64,000 bases of DNA from Chrysomallon squamiferum (Eukaryota; Animalia; Mollusca), in NCBI GenBank assembly GCA_012295275.1, contig CM022665.1, positions 31,558,001 to 31,622,000 on the forward strand. Direction: 5' to 3'. Both the position numbers and the translations under genes were made by a program. Below are positions 21,934-35,822 of the stretch, in pieces (within the stretch, counting starts at the first letter, position 1; each line of letters opens with the position of its first letter). The notes under the pieces are model-generated. The model was not told the origin of the DNA. It worked only from the letters and a program-made list of their open reading frames with translations, and searched no databases.

Positions 21934-23267
21934 GTGTTGGTATGTGTGTTTGTACGTAATGTTATTTATTTGTAGGTATGTGTATGTGTGTGTGTGCGTG
22001 TGCGCATGTATATGTATGTGCGTGTATGTGCGTGCCTATGTATGTATGTCTGTGCGTAAATACGTAAACATTCGGCACTGTTGAAGATCTTTATAAATAA
22101 AAAAAATCATTTACTCTACATGTCTATTTAAAAAATATATATTTAAAAAAATTAAAAATAAAATAATGTCCTGTCTAGATTTTATATTACTTCTCCTTAT
22201 CGATGTATTCTTAAAGACTCATGTCTTTCCATTACTTGATAATTATTCCTCTGTTCTGCTCACATAAAATAAGTTTGTGATAATCAGAAAAAAAAATCAA
22301 TCAATAATTGATCACCCATTGGCAATAAACAGCGATATATATCCGTTTTCTTGAGTTATAACACCACGTAATTTCATCGTGAGAAACATACGCACTTATT
22401 CCTTTAAAGTGAAAAGAAAAAAAAATCAAATCTTATCAAGGCTGATACGCTATTAAATGATGATTATGTAGACTGATTGATCATTAACTGAAAGCTCTGG
22501 CTCCGTGTAGTCATACAACGAGTAACTGAACGCACCTATCAGCTGATGCTAAATATAAATGAAATGCAAATTATTTTGAAAAAGATACCCGTTTATTTAT
22601 CAGATACTGAGTAAGCCAAAAAAAAAGAAAAGAAAAGAAAAAAGAAGTCAGCTCAAAAATTGATTTTGAAAAGATGGACGATAAAACAAGAAAGAAAAAA
22701 AGAGACAAAAAGAAGAAGGTAAATTAAACAAGTTTAGTTTAAAAATAAATCATTCTTTAATACAAAAAGTTAACAATGTAGTATTAATTAATTGACAAAT
22801 TAATTTATTTATTTTAGTTTATTTCATATTATTATTATTATTATTTTTTTTTTTTTTTTTTTTAGTTTTGTTTTGTTTTTAAGAGTTTTTGGACGGTTGC
22901 CGTGTGTGCTATCAGCTTAAAATCGTCAGCAACGTAAATAAAATAAAATAAAATAAATACTTTTTCCAAATATTTTAGGCTAAAAAAGCAACAACAATCA
23001 AACAAATAAACAAAGCAGAACCAGATATAGTATCGGTCACTTAATAAAAATAATATTGTTGTAAACAACAGACATTTTTATCTGAACACGTGGACATAAA
23101 AGCAAGTCTGAACATTATTGTTAGGGTTAACCCCGCGGCTGCAATAATTACAGGCTACATAAAATATGAAGTGTCGTACATTTAAACGTCATAAATATAT
23201 TTATGTTTTTAAATATTATTACCTATCTAAAACATGGAATGGTGAAGTTAAAATTTAAAAATTAACC

Positions 23268-23338
<71 letters not shown>

Positions 23339-23965
23339 AAATAAGATCACTGGTTCTGGTAAAAGTATTATATCTGTACTATTTCAAAAATTGGCCTCCC
23401 AACAATATGTGTGTGTGTGCCTGTGTGTGTGTGTTTGTTTCAAGTCGAACACCAAGAATTATAAACTGCATTTACTTTTGAATTACTAATTCTAAGTCGC
23501 CAATAACAAACCAATGCTCACTGTTTCCTTTTCATTAAATATTAATATTTTTGCTACGGCTTCGTATGATTAATGACTTCCACTACAGAGAAATGACATT
23601 CAAATACAATCGCTTTGTGGCCAAATGATAAAATGGTTCGTGCCATATGAAACCATAGTCAATGGTTTCTAAGGTTTTGTGTCAGCTGTGACGTTTTCTT
23701 TTCATGAAGACTCCATAGACAAATTCTTTGAATCAAAAGCAAAATTCTTGTTAAGTCTATTTTCACCCCAAGCAAAGTTCTGTAACGTTTTATTAGAGAA
23801 CGTTGTATAAAAGATTGCTATGAAGTTGATATTGGATTATTATTATGATAATAATGAGGGGGCGTCGAAAAAAAAATGTTTGAGATCAGTTGATAAATGT
23901 AAAAATAATAAAACTTCAATAAAAGATGAATAAGAACAACAACCAAAATAATAATAATAATAATA

Positions 23966-23996
<31 letters not shown>

Positions 23997-25124
23997 GAAG
24001 AAGAAGAAGAAGTAATTGATGAATTCTTAGCGAAATTTTCTGACATGGAGATTAACATAAAGAGACTACCTCGTTATTTTTCTGCCTCAAAACGTGAGTT
24101 TCACAAAATAAACAATAAAAATGTTACTCGTAATTTTTTTACGTTAAAAGGATCCGTTAAATGTTGTTCTCTAAACTGAAATTCGATAAAAGGTTTTTTG
24201 GGGGTGGGGGGTAATGTATATAACTGTTTGAAATAATATAAACAAAATTATTGCTTGTTTTTAGTCTAGACTCTAAAAGGAACTTTTAAATGCTGTACTT
24301 CAAACAGAAATCAAAAAGATTTCTTAGTTTTAGCTAGTTTTACATTATGTAAACAGCTTTTTGAAAGATTTGCAAAAAAGTAAAATTAGATATAAATACT
24401 GTGTTGTTAATCGTGACGTTAAAAAGAAAAGTTTTGCGTACTGAATGGATTATGTCAGATGTTAGCTTTTCTTAGCTGTTTATGTAATGTATATTCGTTT
24501 GAAATAACAACAACAAAAAACAATCAAATGAAAAACAAGAAAAATAACAATATTTTTTCCCTGTACCAAGTCGTTGCGTTTTGTTTTACAAGGCTATACA
24601 AACGCGTCAGCAAACTGTTTTCAAACTAAGGAGAAATGTTCTTACACAACACTGCATGGAAAGTTAATTAGTCTTACATCATTAGTGCGTTGCGTGTCTA
24701 ACCCAACTCTGTGGTTTGTGATTAATCATAACGTATTGTGTCCAGTAAAACTGTATTGTTTGTAATTAATCATAACTTGTTTCATGTATTTATTTATTTT
24801 TATTTTTAGACTTAAATTACTTTTTTAATCATCCGTTAACAATGACGCTTAGAGCGGATTACTTAATGTTAGTACCTCATTGGCGCCTTTTTGGCTCAAC
24901 TTTTGTTTATCAAAGAAAATACTTTTTTGTATTCTTTTTTGAAACCTTAATGGACATAAAAATAAAAATATATTATTTGATGTGTGAAGTTAAGTCATTT
25001 TTTTTAATTTTATTTTTATTATTATTATTATTTTATTTATTTATTTATTTATTTTTAGTGTTAAAACTAAACTTTGAAATATGTGATGTTGATGAATATT
25101 TGAAACTGGCAATTAATAAAATAA

Positions 25125-25700
25125 TGTATGTATATATATGTATGCACGTATATATGCATGCATGTATGTATATATATGTATGTATGTATATATGTATGTA
25201 TGTATGTATTTATGTATGTATATATATGTATGTATGTATGTATGTGTGTGTGTGTGTATGTATGTATGCATGTATATATGTATGTATGTATGTATGTGTG
25301 TGTGTGTGTGTGTATGTATATATATATGATTTTGTGAATGTATGATTATTACAACTTACGTAATGCTAGAAGTGTCAACGACAGCTGTTGTAGATGTAAT
25401 AGTAGTAGTAGCTGTAGTTGTAGTATAGTAGTAATGGTAGCAGTGGTAGTAGCAGTAGTCGTGGTGGTGTTGGTGTGACAGTAATAGCTGCAGTAGCTGT
25501 ATTAGAAATAATAATTATGATAGTAGTAGTAATAGTAGTGGTAATAGTAATACAGCAACAATAATAACAACTATTAGCATCTAAAAAGAAAAAGAAGAAA
25601 AAAACTAGTAACAGCAGTAGTAGCAATAGTTGTAGTAGTTGTTGTAGTAGTACGTAGTTATAATAACAGTAGCAGATGGTAGCAACAATATAGTGTACAT
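25125..25700. repeat. Low-complexity (ATGT)n/(TG)n tract followed by degenerate (TAG)n
   Basis: Directly visible; explains the MYVC/YYY/LLL pseudo-ORFs. Confidence 0.9.
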
Positions 25701-27192
25701 GATAGGTATGATAGCCAAATAGGTAAGAAGGTATCCATTTACATTTATTGTCACTGTATATTCAATCAGTGAAACTTGTATAAACTCGTTTAAACATGTC
25801 TGCGAAATAACCAAGAACAAAGACTCAAAAATAAAATACTTTTCAAAACATGTTCGATCAGAGCAGACAATATTTAAATTATGGGTGTTTCTTTAACCTT
25901 TTATTTTTAACTGTAAACAGTCATTAATTGTTATATATACAATTTTATGTAACAGTTATCTTTCGTTTGTAGTAAAAAGTTAATATCATTTCTTTCTTTG
26001 TTCTTCAGAAACCTCTAAAAGGCAACAAATGAGATCTGAATACATAGGATTAACTATTAATATTGTGAAATGATTAAAATAGATCAAGCTTAGCGTAACA
26101 CCCATTTGTGTATTCTTGGAGCCAGTATAACATGACTTCTATATAAATACTTATATAAAAATTAGTCGTGTTGTACGTACTGGTAACTATCAGGTGTCTC
26201 ATTGTAAAGAGCTTTACAATTTATACGTGACAAACTTAATCTGTTAGGTAACAGTTTAAGTGTATATACACAATAGCGTTCGAGTTGTTAATTAATATGA
26301 TTAACACATAGTGTTTATACTGACCTTTATTTGAACTCTTGTGTAATTTTTCTATAACTGTGGGTTTGCATATAGAGTACGCTCAAATACGTATTCAGAT
26401 GTTGATAGATGTGACATTTAATTCAGTTAAAAACTCAAACTTACTGAAGGGACCCTGAAGCTTATGCTTCCTTAGTTTCACAATAGATCCGCTCTGACTA
26501 CTGCTACAACTACTACTACTGTTACTATTACTACTACTGTCACTACTACTAACTGCTACTACTACTATTACCTCTACTACCAAACTTATTAAAATTACTG
26601 CTGTTCTTTTCCTCCAGTAAGCTCTGTTGATATGTTTCTGCAATTAGAGAGATTTATAATAACGGGCATACAACATTTTAAAAGTTCTATATTACATTTA
26701 AGAAAGCTATAAATTACACTACGAGAATATGTGTTCATGTTGTGTCTTGTTGCCTGGCCATGGTGAAGTGCTTTGTTCAGAAAAAAACGAACAACGTTGA
26801 GAACAACGGCAAAGAATTTTGTCCACGCGTCGTTGACATTTCGTTTACACATCGACGAAGCGTGCGACCTTTTAATTCAAATCAGAGATCACGTCGCAGA
26901 TATCCATTATGCCTGTCAATCATTTTGGAAATAACCAAACGTAAACGTTATACACGACACTAAAAATGTATAAGATATGCATGTGAGTGTCGGTGTGTGT
27001 GTGTGTGTATATATATATATATTCATATGTAATATCACACACACACACACATACAGGACGGACTGTAAAGAAAAAGAAAAGGAAAGAAAGAAAGAAAAAA
27101 AAAACACACAAAAAAACAACAACCCCAAAATAAAACAAAACAAAACAAAGCAAAATCCAACAAAAAAAGAAAACAAACGATATATATATAGA

Positions 27193-27420
27193 GAGGGTGG
27201 TCCAAAAGTAGGTGGACAGTAAATGGTAACATTTATTTAAATTATTTGCCATTATGAGTTCTCTGGGTTATCTGAAAAGAAAACAGATTAAAATTTAAAT
27301 AATTGTAGTTATAAAATTTTAAATAATATAGCAAAAATACCATAGTTATAATGAACACCATTGTAATAATATAACCCTAACCTAACCCACATACTGTCCA
27401 CCTACTTTTGGACCACCCTG
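27193..27420. mobile_element. Non-autonomous Tc1/mariner-type MITE (~228 bp)
   Basis: 29-bp terminal inverted repeats with 28/29 identity: GAGGGTGGTCCAAAAGTAGGTGGACAGTA (27193-27221) and TACTGTCCACCTACTTTTGGACCACCCTG (27392-27420). The right end is followed by TA, the element sits in a (TA)n tract, and the CAGGGTG terminus is typical of Tc1/mariner. No internal ORF. Confidence 0.85.
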
Positions 27421-28572
27421 TATGTGTATAGATATATTTTTTTAATAAGAAATTAAAATAGATGATTTATACGGTTATAACGCTAGATTCTTCAGTTAAG
27501 AGGCTATGATTTGCCTCAAACCATTAAACTGCACAGTGTTTGCAATCCTAAGGATACTACTATTATTTAGTGTTTGTATAAAGATCAATTTTAGTTTTCA
27601 TATAAATTTTCTGTACTGTCTAAACACTGAGATTTATTCAAAAGGCAAATGATAACATTTTAAAATGTCTGAAATTGATACCACTTGACTGTAAGCAAGG
27701 CTGTGAAACTGTCGTCTGCTAATCGATGTTATATAACTGTTATAGAAACGTCATGCATGCCAAAGTGGTATCACAGTCTGTTCAGATATTGTGTTTTCGA
27801 TTGTATTTGTAAAATGCATTCACCTGTGAGATAACGAAGGTAAATGTTATTCACTCGGTGAACTTGGGCAGCAGACAAAATAGATTTGTTTGTAAACAAT
27901 ACTTCACTTGTCATAACCAGTCCTCTAAGGTAGGTCCTCTGAGCTGTTTATCATACCGGGCAATGCAGGGCTCTATGGATTTCTGATTATGGGAAAGTAA
28001 TTAATAACAAATATTCCCAGTTGCCGATCGATTAGAATAGTTCTACGTTCTATTTGTGTGTGTATGCGCGTGCATTCGTATGTATGTATGTTCTGTATCC
28101 CAACAGCAACGTATATTTGACATGTAATATCTATTATATGGTTGATTTTTTTATTATTATTTTTTTAAGCTTTTATACATTCGTTATTGCTTTTATTTTA
28201 CATTTAGATATAGTTTAATGGCGGCCGAATTTCGAGTATGTTTGTTTGTTTTTTCATAGAATATTTATATAAAAGAATTTGTAAATGAATACTGGTTGGT
28301 TGCTTAAATTTTTTTTTTTCTGTTAAGATCTCGTTAAACATTTACTCCTAAACGAATATATCTATTAATCGAAATGTCTGTGAAACAGGTCTTTTGATGG
28401 ATCTTATATAAAAAAATTCGAATCACAATATTGAAGTATTATTATTCTAAGTAGATACGTGTTCATCTCTAAATACTTTTGTATCAATCTTCTAACACTT
28501 CGGTGGTAAGTGCATGTTATTAGCGATAACACAAAACCAATTCACTTTAAAAATTTAACGCATAATTTTGTC

Positions 28573-28610
<38 letters not shown>

Positions 28611-29762
28611 TTGTTCTTTGTTTCGTTATAGACTATTGTTATGATTGCAAAAGATTGCAATGTTTAATGGGGTTTTTTGGAGGGGTTTTTTCGTTCTTGT
28701 TTTGTTCAGTTACGATTATCATTACCATTGTAATAGATAACCATATTTACTTTTGGTGTCTTAAAAAGAAAAAAAAAATCATTACCTCTTGATAGGGATA
28801 TACTTGAAAGTGCTTCTAAAACAAGAGTGTGCCATAAATAACTAGCTCTCCCCTCAGATGTTTTGTTTGCAGCTATTGAAGCACAACGCCCATGGCAAAC
28901 TAAAGAGTCTTCGCGGTGACAGTAAGCACTTGTAAGTTTTATTGAATGTCGTAAATAAAATAGTCGCATTCGTGATCGAGCTCTGTTTCGAAGGGACGTA
29001 ACTGCTCGTTTGTCAACAAAATAGTTTTGTTATGGATTACTTCCCTTGAAAACGGTAATTTTTAAATGGTTTTGCGTAAACGTTTTCCCCCTATTTTTCT
29101 TTCGCTCTCATTATGGTTTCTGTTTTTCTTTGATTTTCTTTATTTTTCTCTCATTTCTAAAGGTTTTTTCTGGTCACAGATACATACAGCTTACTCATGT
29201 ATTTGCTTGCAGTTCATCAAAATATAAATTACGTGCTTGACGACATCTCGCCCCCTCACAAACACACGCACACAGAAACGCGCACAAACACAAAAAATTT
29301 ACATACTAAGTATTCATTCATACAAAAGATCAAAATCAAATAATACATTAGCTTTATTATATAATAAATAAATCGAATCTCTGAACATACAATCTGAAAT
29401 AAATATATCATTTAAACAAATCACATTTCCCCTTTTTTCTATGCTTAGCAAAAGATCTGCAGATCACATGCAGGCTATATCTTAAACGATATACTTTTCC
29501 CCCTTGCATCATTTATTAAAAATTGACGTAAATTTGAGATTATTCTACAGACCTAACCCCCCACCCCAAAACCCCATCTTTGTTTTGTGCTTTTTGTGTA
29601 TCAGGTTCGTTGAATACGTATTTGTAAATAAGAGAGATAACATTATTTCGTGCTGTTCTTAAATATCTTGTATCCATGTATTGTTTTTATCACAAACTTT
29701 AATATCACTTGAGGCAATCATATGCGAATCAGAGCGCAATTTTTCCTTTCTTCCTTTCTTGT

Positions 29763-29793
<31 letters not shown>

Positions 29794-29922
29794 CACATCT
29801 TTATGTAGAAACATATTTCATCTTAAAAGTTATAAGCCACAAAGATGTCACCTGCATTTGTTTCTGAAATCATGGATTGAAATGCTGGCAATTAGGTATA
29901 TATTTAAAGAAACCACACAGTA

Positions 29923-31059
29923 TTACAAGGGATCATCACTGAGAGAGGATACAATTGATAAACTTGACTCTGTTCTTTTGCTAGCGTTTGGATGTTTGCT
30001 TTCAACAAACTCAAGCTTGTCCGGCAACCTCTCAGGTAATTTGTACTCGACATCGGATCCGGCAAAGAATACTGGATTAGAAACTTGATTTTCTCTGGCT
30101 AACAGCGGGGGTCCGAAATATACCTTGTAGGCCGGCTCTTCGATCATCTTCACTTTCCGTGGACTGACAAAAACCGGACAAAGAGAGTTCCCCGTAGGAT
30201 CAAGCAACTTAGGTATGTTAAGTTTACTAGGATCCCTTTTTGGTTTAAATTTGACTAAGTCTCGGCTGACTGTGCCGTTTATCAGTTTGTAATTTAAGTC
30301 ACGGACGTTAGAAAAATACAGAGGAGTTGTGGCTTTTCCGTGATGTTTCATCTTCATTTTTAGTTTGGCTATCACGTACGCCGCTTGTTCGTTCTTCCGT
30401 AAACGACTCGAATCCTTTGATTCATCAGAATCATATTCATTGATACTTTCTGCGCGTTCTCCTCGAAGGTAGTTCAGAAATGTTGTCTTAGCAATGTCAC
30501 CCCTTGCGACCATTGTCTGTACCTCCTGTTGACTGAGTTCTGGAAAGAATCGCCTTACCAAAGCCACTGTTATAACATTTTGTTGGGTTACTCTCAGACC
30601 TGGAAAGGATGATTCCGTTAATTCCCGCATAGCATTGCGCGATGACAGTTTGTGACATTCACGACAAAGACTAGGTCCCATCACTTCACAGCATTGTTCA
30701 ACAGTTGCTGCTTGCAAATCGTCCATGTTCGGACTATTCGGATGTTTCGTGGAAATGCCCGAACTAGCCCGACTACTAACGGTACCTGGTGTTCGATGTG
30801 CCTGTCTTGTGTTTGAAACAGAACTGTATGTTGATTGTGGTCTGGATATGTCATCATGGCGAACTGATTTCTGTGCCTGAACGAGTATCTGTCGGCGATT
30901 CTGATAGGCCGATTTGGCGCGTTCCTTATCTATTAAATTTACAACGTCATCGACGCTAATGGTTGGAGACTGACGAGAAGTAGTAGACGGAGATGTCCAT
31001 GTCGAAGGTCGTTTCGGTGGGACGCAGTTATTCGTCTGACGTGGATAAGATCGACTCAC
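29923..31059 (-). CDS. Large terminal coding exon (378 codons) of an uncharacterised Ser/Arg/Pro-rich protein; N-terminus supplied by upstream exon(s)
   Basis: The open frame starts exactly at a strong acceptor (TTGTTTTTATTTCCCAG|GTG AGT CGA, phase 0), so the 'M' in the ORF track is really Val. The exon is GC-elevated, ends in TAA and includes a Cys cluster CCEVMGPSLCRECH. Confidence 0.8.
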   Translation of the reverse strand: MSRSYPRQTNNCVPPKRPSTWTSPSTTSRQSPTISVDDVVNLIDKERAKSAYQNRRQILVQAQKSVRHDDISRPQSTYSSVSNTRQAHRTPGTVSSRASSGISTKHPNSPNMDDLQAATVEQCCEVMGPSLCRECHKLSSRNAMRELTESSFPGLRVTQQNVITVALVRRFFPELSQQEVQTMVARGDIAKTTFLNYLRGERAESINEYDSDESKDSSRLRKNEQAAYVIAKLKMKMKHHGKATTPLYFSNVRDLNYKLINGTVSRDLVKFKPKRDPSKLNIPKLLDPTGNSLCPVFVSPRKVKMIEEPAYKVYFGPPLLARENQVSNPVFFAGSDVEYKLPERLPDKLEFVESKHPNASKRTESSLSIVSSLSDDPL

Positions 31060-32679
31060 CTGGGAAATAAAAACAACAAACTTATTACATCATTCAGAAT
31101 TCTAAATAATTCTGTAATATTTTATAATTATGGTAAATCCTTTCAATACGTTATAATTTTTTTTAAACTATAATCTGTATATGCTTCATATTTTATAGAG
31201 AAAACAAAGATTGAAAAACACGAGAGAGAAAAATTATACTAAAAATTTAAAACTTAAATCTAATTAATGTCATATACTTTAGCCATCGTTAAAAATAAAA
31301 TAAAAATAAAAAACCCATAAAATAAAATAAAGAGAGACACCAAACTATGTAATAAATAAATAATAGATAAACTGAAAATACATGTCATCACTATTAATAT
31401 TATACAAAAAGAATAATGTGTTTTTTTCTCTGATTTTTACGCAACTTTTAATTACTTTTTGTGCAATTTATAAATCGTTTTAGATGTCTATAAAAATAGG
31501 GACAGAAACGCAATTTGAATCCTACTGATATATTCAAATTCGCGTTTAGGTTGGTAAAATAAATAAATAGTAACAGTAACAGTAGCATTAGTAGTAGTAA
31601 CAACAACAATTATAATCAAAATAGTAGTAGTAATACAGCTGCTACTACTACTACTACTACTATTACTACGACTATAGCAATTAATAATAATAATAATAGT
31701 CAATTACTGAATTAAATGTTCAGCTAATTTAATGATCAGGTGTGGATTTATATGTTGTGAATTCTACAATTTAAAGAAAATGAAAATTATTTACGTTATT
31801 ATTATAAAAAACAAAACACACTATTATACGGTTATTAGTATAATAGTAATAATAATAATTTATTTATTGTTTTTACTCACTCATATTTGCGTTGTAAAAA
31901 GTTCTTAAAAAACAAGGTAATTTGATTCTCTGTGAAGTGGTTTATTAATAGCTAAGCTTCACTGATCAAGTACATTGAAAGAAGCAGTGTAATTGTATAT
32001 TTTCACGTAGCTGTGTTACTGCTGTTGTCTTGGTCAGAGCGTGTAGGTAAACAAATAAACACTGACACACACACACGCACACACATATATTAGCTTGAAG
32101 AAAACATTATTTTAAGTAATTTTTAAAAATATTTCTTCTGGTTATTATTAAACACAATTCAGTAGTTTTAAAAAAAAAAAATAAAAAAAATAAAAACACA
32201 ACAAAGAACAACAACATAATTATGATAATTATTAATATTCCTATCATTATTTATTTTATTATCATCATTACAATAATTACTACTTCTGCTACAACTATTA
32301 TTATAAAAAGAAAGAGATTTCCATTCAAAAACATTTGCTTAATATGAAAGATGTTTTTTTTTCTTTTTTTTTTTTTTTAACGTTGTCTTCTCTAATTTAA
32401 AAAAAAGAAGATATATTTATATTTATGCTCTTTCATAAGTGTTAATAAAAAGGGAAAGAACATTGTTGTTCATATATACAAAATAAAACAATAAATGTCT
32501 ATATCCATTTTAAAATCATTAAATTATATATCTATATCTATATATATATATATATATATATTTGAACTCCTGTAACGTTCCTATAACACTGTAACCAGTG
32601 ATTCTAACTTATTTTTATTATTCTCAGTTATACTCAACAATAATCAACATCACACGTGATCTTACGATCACAGAATTAC

Positions 32680-32751
32680 CGTATCATCTTTAGATGTCCA
32701 TCCTCCGTAACTGTTGCACCTTTTCTTTCGTGGTGCAAATTTTACAAACAT
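32680..32751 (-). CDS. Candidate alternative first coding exon (MFVKFAPRKKRCNSYGGWTSKDDT) for the 31059 exon
   Basis: ACAATG start, 24 open codons, phase-0 donor ACG|GTAATT; joins in frame to VSRSYPRQ. Confidence 0.5.
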
Positions 32752-34292
32752 TGTATAATAGATTCCGTTGCAGAATACTGGAATTAATACGATGCAGGAT
32801 GTAAATCATGCGCGTAAGAAAAGTTGTAGTTTCACTAGTTAATTAAACCGTTGTATGTCGAGCAACAACTCAATGTATTTCTTAATTGTAGAACTTGTTT
32901 CATTGACTAAGTTTCAGAACTGGAATTTTCAATTTCAGAATTTAAACAGTTCATGACGTTTTCTGAAATTCGTGAGTTAATACAGAAATTACAAGTAATC
33001 CTTTTTAATGATAAAAGATCATGTTATAATAAATAACAGTGCATCCAAAAATAATTTGAATGGAAACCAGAAATGCTAAAATTATAAAATTTTAAATCCT
33101 GCGAAAATCTGGTAAAACTGTAATGCTAGAAGAATCACAAGTAGTACTGTTATTAAGTAACATCAGAATAAACAGATACGTTTTCCACTGTTTAACTGAA
33201 ATGCAGTAAACACAAATATGATCACAAATATTTCCCATGAACTACTTCTAACTGGTCCTGAATTTCAGTGTCTCTGTCAGTTTCTTATGTCAAAATACAT
33301 TAGAATCAAAGAATGCACCTCAGAAAAAGAAAACTAGAATATTCCCCAAAGTCGATCATTACGAAAAGAATATATTTCCAATGGACGACTGTTTCATGTA
33401 TACACAGCACTTAAACTCAAGTCAAAGGTGGTAGATTTTGACGAAAAAAACAGATTAAGTTTACCAGCAATGCCTTGTTAGATGGATACACCACACACAA
33501 ATCACAGATATTTCTGTAATGACACGGTTAAGGTGAAGGAAACATAATGACGATATTTCTAAGCGTGAGTTGTTATATACTTTTGTCTTGTCTTTTGTAT
33601 AGATTTTAGTTTCAAATGTGGTCTGAACTGCCCTACCACTTGTAATAAAATCACTGTATTGGGTGCATGCCTGGTGCACACAGACAATGGGCTGTGTGAT
33701 TCGTACATAGTTAATATTGAGCGTTGAAGAAGATCGCTTGGTTGGCAGCCAATTTAGTTTACGGCTCATCAGATGTTTGACTAATCAGATGTTTAACTCG
33801 AAACATTAACACAGAAGTAAGCGTTGCATGCGGCATGCTGATGAGTATGTTCGATAGTGTATAATGTTCCACCACGGCTTATACGTATAAATAGCTTTAA
33901 GCTTAAGACGAGGATATTTGAAAAACTGATAACCTGATCAAAGGTTTCTGGTGAGTCGGTTATGTCATATTCAAAATATAAAATATAAGACGGGTATCAG
34001 TGTAAATTCCTTAAAGACCAGGAATATATATATATATATTTTTTTATTATTATTATTATTAATTTAATTTAATAAAATTTAATTTATTTATTTACTTATT
34101 TTTCATGTTTTACTGCCTTGTGCTACGTTGAGGAGCGATTTAAAAAAAAAAGAAGAAAAAAGTGGGGGTTATCGTTCTTGTTCGTCTTTTGTGAAAACAA
34201 GCTATATAAAAACTGACATATCAAGAGCTTCTACTAGTATTACGGCTTTGTAGTAGGTGAATATTATAAATAATTTATATGGTAGTAAAATG

Positions 34293-34354
<62 letters not shown>

Positions 34355-35197
34355 ATATATATATTGTACCTATCACTTTATGGGATACAACACTGAATGT
34401 AGAAGACATTTATTTTTTTCCTATTATTTACTTTATTTTCGTTGTTGTTGTTGTTATTATTATCTAATTAAATCAAAAAACTTTTGATATATTATGTTTT
34501 TAAAATACGTTATACGATACTAAAGCTATATGAAATTAAGCTGTAGGCTTAAAACAATAACAATAATAGTAACTGAAGAATTCACGATACATTAGACTAA
34601 TTTCACATAATGTGGTTCTGAGGACAAAGTGATATTACTTAATTGTTCGGCCAGGAAACGAATTGAACGTATTTCATTCTTCCACATTATAGTATATCTT
34701 TTATTCTTACTGCATTACTAAATACCTCTTCTGAATATTTTCTATTACGTGTCTAACGTGTATACAAATCAGCGTCCACAGGAATTTTTCCGGGTGACTG
34801 GTTAGAGGTCAAAACATGTCGGCACATAATAAAATGCACGCGTGCATAAAATTTATGCTTTCTATTCGGAAACTGAGATATGACAAAAAATAACTTTAAA
34901 AATCATTAAATTCACAATCACTGAGGATAAACATAAATGAAAAACTAACAAATGTGATGTTTTGACTTAAGAATATACGTTTAACAAATGTCAGGCCCCG
35001 ACTGACACTTTCCTCATTGTCCCTCCTCTTGTGGATATCCATGAGATAAAAGGATTCAGAGAATGCGTCCTGTCTAAGACCCTTAGATAAATTACTCTAG
35101 TCTTATATCGATTTATAATTTTGCTTCAATACTTTTTGACAGATTAAGAATGAACATACATATCTTCTTCACAGGCAAATACAGGGTTATGATTATT

Positions 35198-35430
35198 AAA
35201 AGAAGAAATATTTTATTTAAAGACTCGCTCGACACATTTTACAGTATGGTGTTATATGCAGGGCATCATGAATAATAATTATGGTTAACGACCATAGAGA
35301 TAATGACAACTGAGTCCGCTAATGCATACGAGGCAAAATTATTTTTCTATCAGCAGCAATAACAATTTTTTTAGATGTAATTTCACATAGATAACAAAGT
35401 CCATACCGCGACCTTTGGAGGGTTATGGTT
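35198..35430. mobile_element. Possible old SINE-like interspersed repeat fragment (related traces near 160-400 and 14745-14990)
   Basis: Weakly shared motifs between the sites (TTTAA[C/A]GAC, ACC...ACCTTTG, CATCCAATAG versus ATAGTGGATG). It resembles a gastropod SINE I recall but cannot verify. Highly diverged. Confidence 0.3.
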
Positions 35431-35822
35431 ATTATGACAGATAAAAAGATGTAAACATTAAAAGAAAATGAAACAGGAAAGTAGTAATGCATATATACTT
35501 TCATCATAAAGTCAGGACCGACTGCACGAATATTTATTGATGGAAAACATGCTATAAAATACTACATTTAAAACATTTAGCCTAAGTGGTCTTAATACAT
35601 GTTATTAATGACTCGTATAGAATTCGGATATTTGTTGCGGTTATATAATCTACAGCGATAAGTAAATAAATATTAGTAAGATCAAAGGTATATAGTCAAA
35701 CACGTAAAGAATGATTTAACTCTAACAAGTTTCTGTAGCAAGGATTAACACAGAAAACCATGTTTTCTTTTTTTATTATTTTACGTACAAAACAACAATT
35801 TAAAAATAATAACAACACTTAC

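Noticed and set aside
31875-31890. Minus-strand donor ATGA|GTGAGT as another first coding exon
   Set aside because: The ATG is in phase 1 and hits a stop soon after joining 31059. At most it is a non-coding leader.
33461-33769. 102-aa minus-strand ORF, or MSRKLNW... as a further first exon
   Set aside because: The only phase-0 donor I noticed (TAT|GTACGA) is weak and there is no recognisable homology.
34770-35044. Possible degenerate MITEs (GTCCACAGG...CTTGTGGA here; CAGGGGCGGATC...GATCCGC at 45158-45270)
   Set aside because: The inverted ends are too short and mismatched to call without a repeat library.
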